From: a virus
Lineage: Duplodnaviria > Caudoviricetes
IMG/VR virus record: IMGVR_UViG_3300013121_000033
Location: 64,001 to 128,000 of that record
Direction: 5' to 3' (one strand)
DNA length: 64,000 nucleotides
Under the pieces are notes generated by a model. That model saw nothing but the letters and a program-made list of their open reading frames with translations, was not told where the DNA came from and did no database searches. A program made the translations under genes and the position numbers. Numbering within the stretch: position 1 is the stretch's first letter; every line of letters starts with the position of its first letter. Positions 55,911-64,000 of the stretch are shown piece after piece.

Positions 55911-56063
55911 GTGGCGGAGATGGACGAAGTGGCCCTCTGGGCGTACGACGGCGTCGAGGGCGTCGCCATCGTCAACATCGACGACGAGGACACCCACGAG
56001 GACCGGGTCCCGAGGCACGGGTGGACCCCCCGCTTCTGGACCGACCCGAGGCGGTACGCATAG
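55911..56063 (+). CDS. Small acidic hypothetical protein
   Basis: Stop abuts endolysin ATG. Confidence 0.45.
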   Translation: MAEMDEVALWAYDGVEGVAIVNIDDEDTHEDRVPRHGWTPRFWTDPRRYA

Positions 56064-56801
56064 ATGCCGGTCCTGTCGCAGACGGGGCTCGCGAAGGCGT
56101 GGGGGCCGCCGTGCACTGGTGAACGCCTCTCGATCAAGCTGTTCGGCACCGGGGTCGTCACGGTCCGAGCGTCGCTCGGTGACGCCGTCCTCGCGTTCGA
56201 CGCGTGCTGCCGCTACTACAACTACCCGACCCGCCGCATCGACACCGGCGCCTACGCATGCCGCAAGAAGCGGGGCCTGTCTGGCTGGTCGAACCACGCG
56301 TACGCGACGGCCATGGACATCAACTGGCTGTCGAACCTGTACGGCCGGAAGCTCGTCACGGACATGCCCCCCGAGTTCCGGGCCGCGTTCAAAGCGATCC
56401 GCACGAAGAGCGGAGTCCAGGTGTGGGGTTGGGGCGGGGACTGGAAAGGCATCAAAGATGCCATGCATGTCGAGGTCATTTGTTCTCCCGCCGATATCTG
56501 GTCGGGGATCGACCCGGCAACGGTCCCGGGCGGGATGCAGTGGCCGCCGCCACCGCCAGTTACCGGCACGCCGGTCGAGGACGCTCCCCCCGAGCAGGAG
56601 GAAGAGGACATGGTCATCTACCAGCAGAACTACGGGAAGGGGTTCGCGGCGCTGTCGAACGGCGGCTACCTCGTGTACCTCGACTCAGAGCAGTTGGCGT
56701 TCTGGGAGGGCCGGATGAACGTCCCGAAGGAAGTCGTGATCGCACGCGAGTGGGACCTGATCCGTACCGTGCACATCAACGGCCAGTCGGTGCCCCGCTA
56801 G
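56064..56801 (+). CDS. Endolysin, M15-family peptidase
   Basis: GAY.CR......SNHAY..A.DIN, WGGDW...DAMH.E. Confidence 0.9.
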   Translation: MPVLSQTGLAKAWGPPCTGERLSIKLFGTGVVTVRASLGDAVLAFDACCRYYNYPTRRIDTGAYACRKKRGLSGWSNHAYATAMDINWLSNLYGRKLVTDMPPEFRAAFKAIRTKSGVQVWGWGGDWKGIKDAMHVEVICSPADIWSGIDPATVPGGMQWPPPPPVTGTPVEDAPPEQEEEDMVIYQQNYGKGFAALSNGGYLVYLDSEQLAFWEGRMNVPKEVVIAREWDLIRTVHINGQSVPR

Positions 56802-56837
56802 CCCGGCACCAGGTGACCCTACGAGGTCACTCGCCAG

Positions 56838-56911
56838 TGTCCCCAGTCGGATTCGAACCGACGATGACCGGAGTGAAAGTCCGGCGACTTGGACCGCTAG
56901 TCGATGGGGGC
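56838..56911 (-). tRNA. tRNA-Glu(TTC)
   Basis: Cloverleaf; anticodon arm CCGGA-CTTTCAC-TCCGG; GGTTCGAATCC T-arm; C2-A71 mismatch; no encoded CCA. Confidence 0.85.
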
Positions 56912-56912
56912 T

Positions 56913-56988
56913 TGGCACCGCGCACGAGATTCGAACTCGTAACCTCCGCCGTGAGAAGGCGGTGTGCTGCCAGTTGCACCAGCGCGGC
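56913..56988 (-). tRNA. tRNA-Glu(CTC)
   Basis: CCGCC-TTCTCAC-GGCGG; GTTCGAATC; encoded CCA. Confidence 0.9.
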
Positions 56989-57018
56989 TCGAACTACAAG
57001 AGGCCATCGGGTGCAGCG

Positions 57019-57091
57019 TTCCGAGGGGAGGACTCGAACCTCCGGCCTCCCGATCCAGAGTCGGGCGTTCCGCCAACTGAACTACCTCGGA
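57019..57091 (-). tRNA. tRNA-Gln(CTG)
   Basis: TCCGAGG/CCTCGGA acceptor stem; CCCGA-CTCTGGA-TCGGG; GGTTCGAGTCC. Confidence 0.9.
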
Positions 57092-57100
57092 GCGGTGGGG

Positions 57101-57130
57101 GCTCCCCGAGGCGTGACGCGTTCGGGGAGC
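57101..57130. terminator. Strong hairpin just upstream of the tRNA cluster
   Basis: GCTCCCCGA...TCGGGGAGC inverted repeat. Confidence 0.45.
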
Positions 57131-57194
57131 TACACCTGGCGCTGCGGCCGACGGCCGGTGCGCTCTCGATGTTCTCGACGCCGAAGCATGCCGG

Positions 57195-57713
57195 TCACGG
57201 TACCACAGCAAGCGGCGACCACGACAAGTCATTCATGGCGTCGAGCAGGACGGCACGGGCAGGCGTCTCGACAGATGCCGGAGGGTCGAGCCAGCCGTCA
57301 GGGTTGAGAACGCTCTGTATCAAGGTGCGGCACCCGCGCTCGGCTGCCCATGCGCCGATGACGATGTGAGCGAGTATCGACGTCGACCCAGACCAACCGC
57401 CGCCCGTGTCGGTGATCCGGGTGTTGACCTCGATGAACGCTTCGCCGGGCCACACGCCGTCTGGTCGGCAGGAGGAGTCGTACTCGGCGAGGTTTCGTTC
57501 GAGCCCGGCATTCACAGTGAACCCCCAGCTTCCCCCGGCGTGCACCCCTTCCGGTATCCACCATTGCCAGGTGCCGCCGAGGTCCGGGTAGTCGTGGTGC
57601 GGGATCGGCTCGACACGGGGGCGGAGAGTGTGGAGCAGGCGGGCGACGGCGTCGCGTAACTCGACCGGGTTCACCGGGTCGAGGAACCGGACGGCGGAGT
57701 CGGGCGCGGTCAC
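57195..57713 (-). CDS. Hypothetical protein
   Basis: GTGA overlap. Confidence 0.55.
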   Translation of the reverse strand: MTAPDSAVRFLDPVNPVELRDAVARLLHTLRPRVEPIPHHDYPDLGGTWQWWIPEGVHAGGSWGFTVNAGLERNLAEYDSSCRPDGVWPGEAFIEVNTRITDTGGGWSGSTSILAHIVIGAWAAERGCRTLIQSVLNPDGWLDPPASVETPARAVLLDAMNDLSWSPLAVVP

Positions 57714-58294
57714 GTCCGTCCGAACCCGGGTACCGGGGTGGGCTGCCACGATGGGAGTTGTGGACGATGCGCGGCGATCCACGCCTTGACGCGCTCACGA
57801 ATCGTTGAAGCCGATGGCGGGGTGATGTCGAGCGCCCAGTACAAGGTGCAGTAGTAGGCGACGTCGGCGACGACGCCGACCACTGTCGCAGTACCGGTCA
57901 TGACCGTCTCGTGTCTCGCCGCCATGACCGTTGTCCATGCGTAGAAGAACAGGTCGATGACGAGGAACACGGGTGCGGCGCGCCGGGCGGCGTGGACGAT
58001 GTTGACCGGGATCATGCCGTGACGGTTGGCTTGCCGTTCGACATCACTGAGATGCCGCCAGTAGAGAACACACACGCCGGACCACGCGGCGAACAGGACC
58101 CAATCGCCGACCGAGTCCCAATACTCCGGGGTCATGGCGGTACGGGCTGTCTCGCAGGCGAGGTACACGGTCATCGACACGCGGGTGAGCGTGAAGTTCG
58201 ACCAGCCCGTCACCCGGTGCGCGGCTCGGAGTGCCCGATGGAACCACGGTGCGACGGCGCGGTCGACGCGAGGCAGGTACGGGTGGAGCCTCAT
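57710..58294 (-). CDS. Membrane protein
   Basis: ATGA overlap; about 4 hydrophobic segments. Confidence 0.6.
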   Translation of the reverse strand: MRLHPYLPRVDRAVAPWFHRALRAAHRVTGWSNFTLTRVSMTVYLACETARTAMTPEYWDSVGDWVLFAAWSGVCVLYWRHLSDVERQANRHGMIPVNIVHAARRAAPVFLVIDLFFYAWTTVMAARHETVMTGTATVVGVVADVAYYCTLYWALDITPPSASTIRERVKAWIAAHRPQLPSWQPTPVPGFGRT

Positions 58295-59244
58295 GACACC
58301 TGCCGTTGGCGAAGCTGGTAGGCGGATGTCTGGCAGGACCGCGAGCAGTAGCTCGGGACGCGGCCGCGGCGGCCGGTCGGGTGCGGCGGGAGGGTGTTCG
58401 AGCAGTCCGGGTGGGCGCAGGGGCGTTCGGGGGCAACGATCGCCGCGTTGGCGCGCACGGGGAGCGGCACGGGGACAGCGGCGCTTTCGCGGTGGCTGGT
58501 GGCGAACATGACGTCGCGTCGGTCGTCGGGGCAGAGGCGGCACGTCACACAGGCGCCGACGCCGTCGTCCATGAGGGAGAGGCGCCGGTTGTTCTCGGGG
58601 CATGCGACGGCGTCGTGGCCGGGGACGAGAGCGCGGGCAGTCGAGTAGTCGACGGCGCACAGCGCGAGACGGACCCCGGGATGGCGTGCCCGCACCGCTT
58701 CGGCGTCGGGGGCGTTCTCGGCGTCGACGGACAGGTAGAGGGCGAGGTTGGGGAGGCCGACGAACTCGGCGACAACGTCAACCGGTGGGCGGAAACTGCG
58801 GGTGTACGCCCAGAACTGGATGTCGCGGTGCCGGTCGATCACCGTCGCCCACGCTCGGGCGTAGTCAACGGAGAAGAAGTCGCCGTCCCAGTGGATGCGG
58901 AACAGGCGAAGTTCGGGGGGGAGCGCGGCGCGTGTCGCTGCCCGGTCGAACCTGCCAATCATCTCGTCGAGCAGGCCGGTCATCGCGTCGACGGTGCCCG
59001 CGGCTTGGAGGACGCGCAGGTTGTACTCGACCGCGGCGCGGACCCCGGCGGACTGCTCCGATCGGGACGCGTAGCAAGACCGGCAGAACTCGGTGGCGCC
59101 GGGACATGACGTGCCGGAGGGGAGGCCGAAGCTGTTGTGGATCGTCGCGAGCCACCGGCGGCGCGACGGCTGATAGATGCCGAGGGGGGCGACCTTGCGG
59201 TCCCGGCTGAGCTTGAGCTTGTCGTTCACGGTGTCGCTCTCCAC
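58291..59244 (-). CDS. GP88-like Cys-rich protein
   Basis: SFGLPSG.SCPGAT..C..CYA, FRIHWDGDFF, FWAYTRS, NL.LYLSVD, GAC..C.LC. Confidence 0.8.
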   Translation of the reverse strand: MESDTVNDKLKLSRDRKVAPLGIYQPSRRRWLATIHNSFGLPSGTSCPGATEFCRSCYASRSEQSAGVRAAVEYNLRVLQAAGTVDAMTGLLDEMIGRFDRAATRAALPPELRLFRIHWDGDFFSVDYARAWATVIDRHRDIQFWAYTRSFRPPVDVVAEFVGLPNLALYLSVDAENAPDAEAVRARHPGVRLALCAVDYSTARALVPGHDAVACPENNRRLSLMDDGVGACVTCRLCPDDRRDVMFATSHRESAAVPVPLPVRANAAIVAPERPCAHPDCSNTLPPHPTGRRGRVPSYCSRSCQTSAYQLRQRQVS

Positions 59245-60497
59245 ACTTGCATGCCCTCGGCCGGACGGCCGCCCTCAACGAACACGGGGGCAATCCATCG
59301 TGTCTCGTACCACCAGTCGTCGCGCGGACCGCATCGTGCCCGCCGGAAGTGGCCGCGCCGCCAATGGGACTTCACGGTCCGATCGGCGGAGTGCTCCGAG
59401 TCCCGGGTTCGTTCCGACGGGGTCAGGTCGATGACCCGCACCTTCGGAGCGAACCGGCCGCGGGTGGCGTCACGGCGTGCGGACGATGTCCCCTTGCGGG
59501 CCGCCTTCGCGTCGGCTGCGGTGAACGGTTCGGCGTCACCGAAGATTGCTGACGGTTCCGGCGCCTTGAGCGACACGAGCGCCGCGACGCCGTGAGCGAA
59601 CCCACGAAGGTTCGACCGGGAGAGACGCCCTGGGATCGGGGCGACGCAGAGGAACTGTGCAGCGTTGTCCATGTCGGGGAAGGCGCTCGCGCCTTCGATC
59701 GTACGACCGAGGGCAGTGGCGGGTTTGGTGAGGTCGACGCCGCCTTCGATAATCCAGATGACCTCGTCAGCGAGGCCGACACCGCCCGGCCCGGCAGAGA
59801 GGACGATGCCGACGATCCGCCAGTCGTTGTCGACAAACGACATGTGCGCGGCGAGCATCCGAGGGAGCGGGTCCCTGGCCCCGTGTTCCGGCGTCCGGAA
59901 GTAATGCGGGTGGTAGATGGTGGCGTTGGTGGGGCGGAACGGGACAGACAGGGTGACGCAGACCCGTTCGAACGGGAGGTGGATGTTCTCGACTACGTCC
60001 GGGGGTGGGGCGTCGGTGTGGTCGAGCGCGTCGCACAACGATGCCGTCATGAACACGTCGTGGGCGGTGGACAGCGCGCCGCTCAACGGGGGGTCCCACA
60101 CGGTCGCCATGCGGCGGAGGTAGAGACAGTGAACGGGGGCGAGTCGGCCGGTGGCCGAGTCTGGCGTGATGATGCCAGCGACGGCGTCCTGCTGGTCGAC
60201 GTCGGGGGCATCAGGCAGGTCGTCGAGCGGGAACGGCCCCTGTTCTTCCCCAAACGTCGAATCGCCGTCATCGGCGGCAGCAGCAAGGTCAGCGTCATCG
60301 AGGGCGTAGAGCCGGACCATCACCCAACCTTGGCGTTCCAATGCAGCCTGGCGAGCTTCGATTTCTTCCAGTTTCGACTGTGCCGCTGCCACCTCGCTGC
60401 CAGCGAGTTGGAGCAGAAGATCGTCAACGATCGACGACGACTCGACTCGTGGGGGGATCAGGGCGAACGATTTCAGGTTGTCCGGCAGGTCGATCAT
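59226..60497 (-). CDS. Hypothetical phage protein with C-terminal HWRRGHFR motif
   Basis: ATGA overlap; motif SHWRRGHFRR...RWIAPVFV. Confidence 0.65.
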   Translation of the reverse strand: MIDLPDNLKSFALIPPRVESSSIVDDLLLQLAGSEVAAAQSKLEEIEARQAALERQGWVMVRLYALDDADLAAAADDGDSTFGEEQGPFPLDDLPDAPDVDQQDAVAGIITPDSATGRLAPVHCLYLRRMATVWDPPLSGALSTAHDVFMTASLCDALDHTDAPPPDVVENIHLPFERVCVTLSVPFRPTNATIYHPHYFRTPEHGARDPLPRMLAAHMSFVDNDWRIVGIVLSAGPGGVGLADEVIWIIEGGVDLTKPATALGRTIEGASAFPDMDNAAQFLCVAPIPGRLSRSNLRGFAHGVAALVSLKAPEPSAIFGDAEPFTAADAKAARKGTSSARRDATRGRFAPKVRVIDLTPSERTRDSEHSADRTVKSHWRRGHFRRARCGPRDDWWYETRWIAPVFVEGGRPAEGMQVWRATP

Positions 60498-61009
60498 GCT
60501 GCTTCGATCGAGAGGGACACAACGACTCCGCCGCCACGGGCAGAGAGATCGGCGCCGTAGGGGAACTGGGTGTCGAACATGTTGACGGTCGGTTGGATCA
60601 TCTCGGGGACAGCGCCGGGGTGGAAGCGGAGCAGCCCGCGGTAGGGGCCTGCACCGTTGAGCGTGACGACGACCGGAGTTGGGGGCTTGCCGTGACACTC
60701 GACGTAGCTGACCGTTCCGCAGTAGCGGAACCGGTTCTGTTCGTCGCACCACGCGTGCATCTGCCACGGTTCACCGCGGTTCGAGATCAGCGGCCACGCC
60801 GCCGCTGCGACACCGTGGACTGTCGCAAGGGACGTCGACGCGATGTCGAGCATGGTGGCGTCGTTGTAGCCGACCCGGAACCGGTGGCGTCCGCCGGGGT
60901 GGGCGCGGTGGAACTCGGCGAGCCCGTCGGCGCGGGTGTAGCGGCCGTCGTTGCCGTCCGGGGCGAGGAACCAGACGGCGAGGAACTGGTCGACGTTGGT
61001 CATCGTCAC
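60494..61009 (-). CDS. Hypothetical protein
   Basis: Coupled overlaps. Confidence 0.55.
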   Translation of the reverse strand: MTMTNVDQFLAVWFLAPDGNDGRYTRADGLAEFHRAHPGGRHRFRVGYNDATMLDIASTSLATVHGVAAAAWPLISNRGEPWQMHAWCDEQNRFRYCGTVSYVECHGKPPTPVVVTLNGAGPYRGLLRFHPGAVPEMIQPTVNMFDTQFPYGADLSARGGGVVVSLSIEAA

Positions 61010-62232
61010 GCTGCCTTGCATCGGGTGAGGACCGTCTCGTGGCGGCCCTGGTAGGTGTCGTGCTTCTTGACGGTGCCGGTGAAGGTGATCGGCTCTCCGG
61101 CCTCTCGGGCTTCGTCGGCGGCGTCGGCGAAGCTGGTGGTGCAGCCGGTGAACACCTTGACCCACCCGGCGGTCGTGGCGACCACGATGACCGCCTGTGT
61201 GCCCCACTGGTTCTCGAAGCAGGAGAACCGGGTGACTCGACCGGTCAGCGTGACCCGCTCGCCCTCGGCGCCGACCCAGGCGTCGGGCACCTCGGCGTCG
61301 GCGGCTTCGCGGGCCTTGCGTTCTGCGATCCGGCCCTGCTCCCGGTCCCACGCCGACACTGCCGACACCGCCAGGCCCAGGCCCTTCGGGCGGACCCAGT
61401 CGTTGTCGAGGACGGCGACCAGGTTGGCGAGGTAGTCGTTGCCTTCGGGGTCGATGCTGCGGACCCAGTCGACGATCCGCTGCGCTTCGGCGGCGTGAGT
61501 GCCGCTGTGCAGGTCGTCGCGGGCGGCCTTGACGTCGTCGTCGTCGTAGCTCCTCGGGGTCAGGATCGAGGCGACGTCGGCCTTGGTGGGGGCTTCGAAG
61601 CTGGCGGGCTTCCACCCCCACCGGCGGACCGCGACGATCGCTGCCTCGATCACCACGTTGGTGTCCCACCCCCAGTCGACGTGACCGCCGCCCCAGCCGT
61701 CGTCGGGCTCGTCGAGCAGGTCGGCCGTGACGTCCATGTACCAGATCAGCCGGGCGGGGTCGACACCGAGGTAGTCGCGGACGCAGGTCGTGCCGACCCG
61801 GACCAGGTTGCCGTCGGTGTCGGCGACGACGATGAGCTTGTTGCGGCGCAGGTGGCGGTCGCAGTGGTCGCACACGCTGACGGTGCGGAACGCCTCGGGG
61901 AGGGTGAACCCGTTGACCGAGTTGAGGAGGACGTTCGGGGCGGCGGTGGCGAAGTCGATGGTTCCGGCGAGCTTCCAGTCGCCGGGGAGGGCGACGGGGG
62001 CGACGGTGATGGTGACGTCGTGGACGATCTCCCAGCGGTCGACGGGGTCCGTCTCGGCGCTGACCTTGACGCTGCGGGCGTCGCTGACGGTCAGGGTGAC
62101 GTCGCCGTCGAGGCCCTTCTTCGCGATGCGGTCGTGGAGCTTCGCGACCCGTTCGCGGATCACAGCGACACCGGCGGCCGAAACGGTGGCCGTGGTGACG
62201 CCTTCCTGGTCGGTGGTCTGGTCGTTGTCCAT
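61006..62232 (-). CDS. Hypothetical phage protein: CxxC/VG..C zinc motif and C-terminal OB-fold-like domain
   Basis: CDHC...RRN...VGTTC.RDYLG; G..GER......V...TGTVKKH..Y.G..ETVLTR. Confidence 0.75.
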   Translation of the reverse strand: MDNDQTTDQEGVTTATVSAAGVAVIRERVAKLHDRIAKKGLDGDVTLTVSDARSVKVSAETDPVDRWEIVHDVTITVAPVALPGDWKLAGTIDFATAAPNVLLNSVNGFTLPEAFRTVSVCDHCDRHLRRNKLIVVADTDGNLVRVGTTCVRDYLGVDPARLIWYMDVTADLLDEPDDGWGGGHVDWGWDTNVVIEAAIVAVRRWGWKPASFEAPTKADVASILTPRSYDDDDVKAARDDLHSGTHAAEAQRIVDWVRSIDPEGNDYLANLVAVLDNDWVRPKGLGLAVSAVSAWDREQGRIAERKAREAADAEVPDAWVGAEGERVTLTGRVTRFSCFENQWGTQAVIVVATTAGWVKVFTGCTTSFADAADEAREAGEPITFTGTVKKHDTYQGRHETVLTRCKAA

Positions 62233-62238
62233 GCCCAC

Positions 62239-62267
62239 AGGATACCGCCCTGTTGTGGTCACGTCAA
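62239..62267 (-). promoter_or_regulatory. SigA-type leaderless promoter TTGACG-N17-TATCCT-N6-ATG
   Basis: Near consensus; paralogous to the 47980 cassette. Confidence 0.8.
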
Positions 62268-62468
62268 CACGTCAGAGCGGGCCGCAGAGTTGCCGGAGGA
62301 CAGCGCCGGGCCACAACCGGCACTGGCGGCACAGGAAGTAGCGGCGTTCGCCGTCGATCACCGGGTCGTGCCGGAACCCGTTCCGGGAGCGGCGTTCCAT
62401 CATCAGCACCGACATCTCGTGGACGGAGACGGCCGGGTTGTCACAGCACGAGCACCGCTCACCGCTGC

Positions 62469-63041
62469 TCAGGGGCGTGAGATGAGCGCCCATACGGCAC
62501 GAGCCCAGCGTGCCCGGCCGATCGCCGAGTAGCGGTCGTCGATGTCGATGTCGAGGTAGGTGACGAGATCGTCGAGAGTCCAGGGGATCGGGAGAGCGCG
62601 GCCATGGGTGATGAGCCAGGTGACTGCTGCCGACGAGAGGTCGATGGGGTGAAGGGGCGTCTCGACAGGGAGGGGGGGTGTGGGGGCGGGACCGCAGGTG
62701 AGATCGACCGCGGCTGGGGTCGAGTCGAGAGATACAACGTTGCGGTACTGGGTCCACTGGAAGTACGCGGCGGCGGCGTCGCCAACCTCGACGGCTGTCT
62801 CTGCGTCGTAACGGTCGTGGAAGCCGCTGTAGTCGAGGTAGGCGGCGTCGGCTGCGTCGAGGTCGGCCGGGCGGAGGCGGGTCTGCCAGGTGTGCTCGGC
62901 GCCGTCGAGGATCACGGCCCACTCCCAGATCGTCGACGTTGAGGTCGGTGGGTCGACGGTGGCGGTGACAGCAGCGAACGCGAGGCGGTTCTCCACGGCT
63001 TGCTGCGCGTAGAACTGGTCGGGCGTGGGGATGTTGGACAT
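62469..63041 (-). CDS. Hypothetical protein
   Basis: GGAG SD; typical codon usage. Confidence 0.65.
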   Translation of the reverse strand: MSNIPTPDQFYAQQAVENRLAFAAVTATVDPPTSTSTIWEWAVILDGAEHTWQTRLRPADLDAADAAYLDYSGFHDRYDAETAVEVGDAAAAYFQWTQYRNVVSLDSTPAAVDLTCGPAPTPPLPVETPLHPIDLSSAAVTWLITHGRALPIPWTLDDLVTYLDIDIDDRYSAIGRARWARAVWALISRP

Positions 63042-63180
63042 GACCGGGGCTCCGTTCGGGGGTCAGCGTCGTACTTCGACGGGGTCGGAGGCGACGTTCG
63101 GGTAGGAGGACGTGAGCCCGTTCCCGCTTCCCCTCGGGACGAGCGGTTGCCCATCTGATGCGAGGCGGCGCCCGAGTCGG

Positions 63181-63561
63181 TCACGTTGCATCGGTGTCTC
63201 CCAACTGCTGTAGGTGGTGCACGAAGCGGCGGGCTTCGAGTTCGGAGTGGCCCGCCATCATGTACTCGTGGGCGGCGAGCGCGGCGACATGGTCGGGTGG
63301 GACGAAGCTCAGCCACCAGGTGCCACCGACGTCGACGGTGTAGGGGGTTCCTTCGGCGCCGAACGTGAACCCCCAGCACTGCATGGACCCGTCACGGGCG
63401 CGTGTGTCCTCGTCGAGTTCGTGTGTCCACCCGACTCGGCCGTTCGATCCCATCGGCCACCGGCAGCCGTCGCCGTCGGCGCCGAGTTCCTGCCACGTCG
63501 GGATGCGTTCCCAGCCGTCGGGGATGACGGCGTCGTCGGGGATGGTGAACGATTCGATCAT
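63181..63561 (-). CDS. Hypothetical protein
   Basis: ATGA overlap, AGGA SD. Confidence 0.6.
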   Translation of the reverse strand: MIESFTIPDDAVIPDGWERIPTWQELGADGDGCRWPMGSNGRVGWTHELDEDTRARDGSMQCWGFTFGAEGTPYTVDVGGTWWLSFVPPDHVAALAAHEYMMAGHSELEARRFVHHLQQLGDTDAT

Positions 63562-63815
63562 GGGAGTTTCCTGAGGATGTCGTGGGCTTTGGCGCCTTCG
63601 ATGGTGGGGCAGTACCGGCGGGGGGTGTCGGTGAGGGCGATCACCCATTCGTTCGACACGAGGCGGTTGAGGCAGCCGTGGACGTACCTCTCTTCGAGGC
63701 GTCCCGCGGCGTGCAACACGATCTGTTCGGCATCGAGTCCGACGCCGTCGGAGCCGTGTTCGACGAGCACTTGGAGTGTCGTCCGCATCATCGGGGTGAC
63801 GTTGACCGTCAACAT
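63558..63815 (-). CDS. Small winged-helix-like protein
   Basis: LQVL......I......VHGCLNRL....WV......RRY..T..G. Confidence 0.55.
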   Translation of the reverse strand: MLTVNVTPMMRTTLQVLVEHGSDGVGLDAEQIVLHAAGRLEERYVHGCLNRLVSNEWVIALTDTPRRYCPTIEGAKAHDILRKLP

Positions 63816-63817
63816 CG

Positions 63818-64000
63818 TCAAGTCCAGGTCCGGGCGGGTGGGAGCCCGGCGGCGAGCGCTTCGAGGACCGCGACATGCCAGCGGGCGTGGAGGTCGCCCA
63901 TCGGGGTGCCGGTGCCGTGGCTGGCGAGGTTCCACAAGACCTGCTGGTGCGGCGAGTAGTGAACGTTGTCGCCGCCGTGGGCGTACACGAAGCGGCTCTC
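63818..64000 (-). CDS. 3' end of a hypothetical protein (5' truncated by window)
   Basis: Open frame from the window edge to TGA at 63818. Confidence 0.5.
   Translation of the reverse strand, partial: ESRFVYAHGGDNVHYSPHQQVLWNLASHGTGTPMGDLHARWHVAVLEALAAGLPPARTWT

Noticed and set aside
63100-63170. GGGCAACC... resembling a c-di-GMP riboswitch start
   Set aside because: Lacks the GAAA tetraloop, GCAAAG and second-stem consensus
1-64000. CRISPR array, rRNA, transposase, integrase, base-modification (Z/7-deazaguanine) pathway
   Set aside because: No regularly spaced repeats or diagnostic motifs seen

Overview
64 kb of a high-GC tailed dsDNA phage (siphovirus-type). It probably infects an actinobacterium, based on a WhiB regulator, an actinophage-type portal and maturation protease, and many leaderless genes. 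No integrase, major capsid gene or DNA polymerase is visible. Left to right: two giant multidomain proteins (GNAT + HExxH zincin) sharing an N-terminal motif; capsid maturation protease; free-standing HNH; portal-MuF fusion; AAA ATPase and small genes; four DNA methyltransferases (two with inteins); WhiB, VRR-NUC, ParB-like and terminase genes; tail module with a 3225-aa tape measure; intein-containing UvrD-like helicase; major tail and head-tail adaptor; multi-membrane-protein lysis cassette with M15 endolysin; three tRNAs; GP88-like and hypothetical genes. The strongest unusual signal is the methyltransferase at 17890-22156. It hosts an intein plus two complete HNH endonuclease genes overprinted in the +1 frame, each behind its own TACGCT -10 box, while the host frame stays stop-free and supplies short 'clasp' flanks that could loop the inserts out without splicing. 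Also notable: a candidate capsid-cargo system (VTAA motif, WHDPGxGxF motif, polyvalent effectors), a six-copy fixed-spacing late-promoter motif, and synonymously recoded patches at likely homing targets. All family assignments come from motif recognition by eye; no searches were run.
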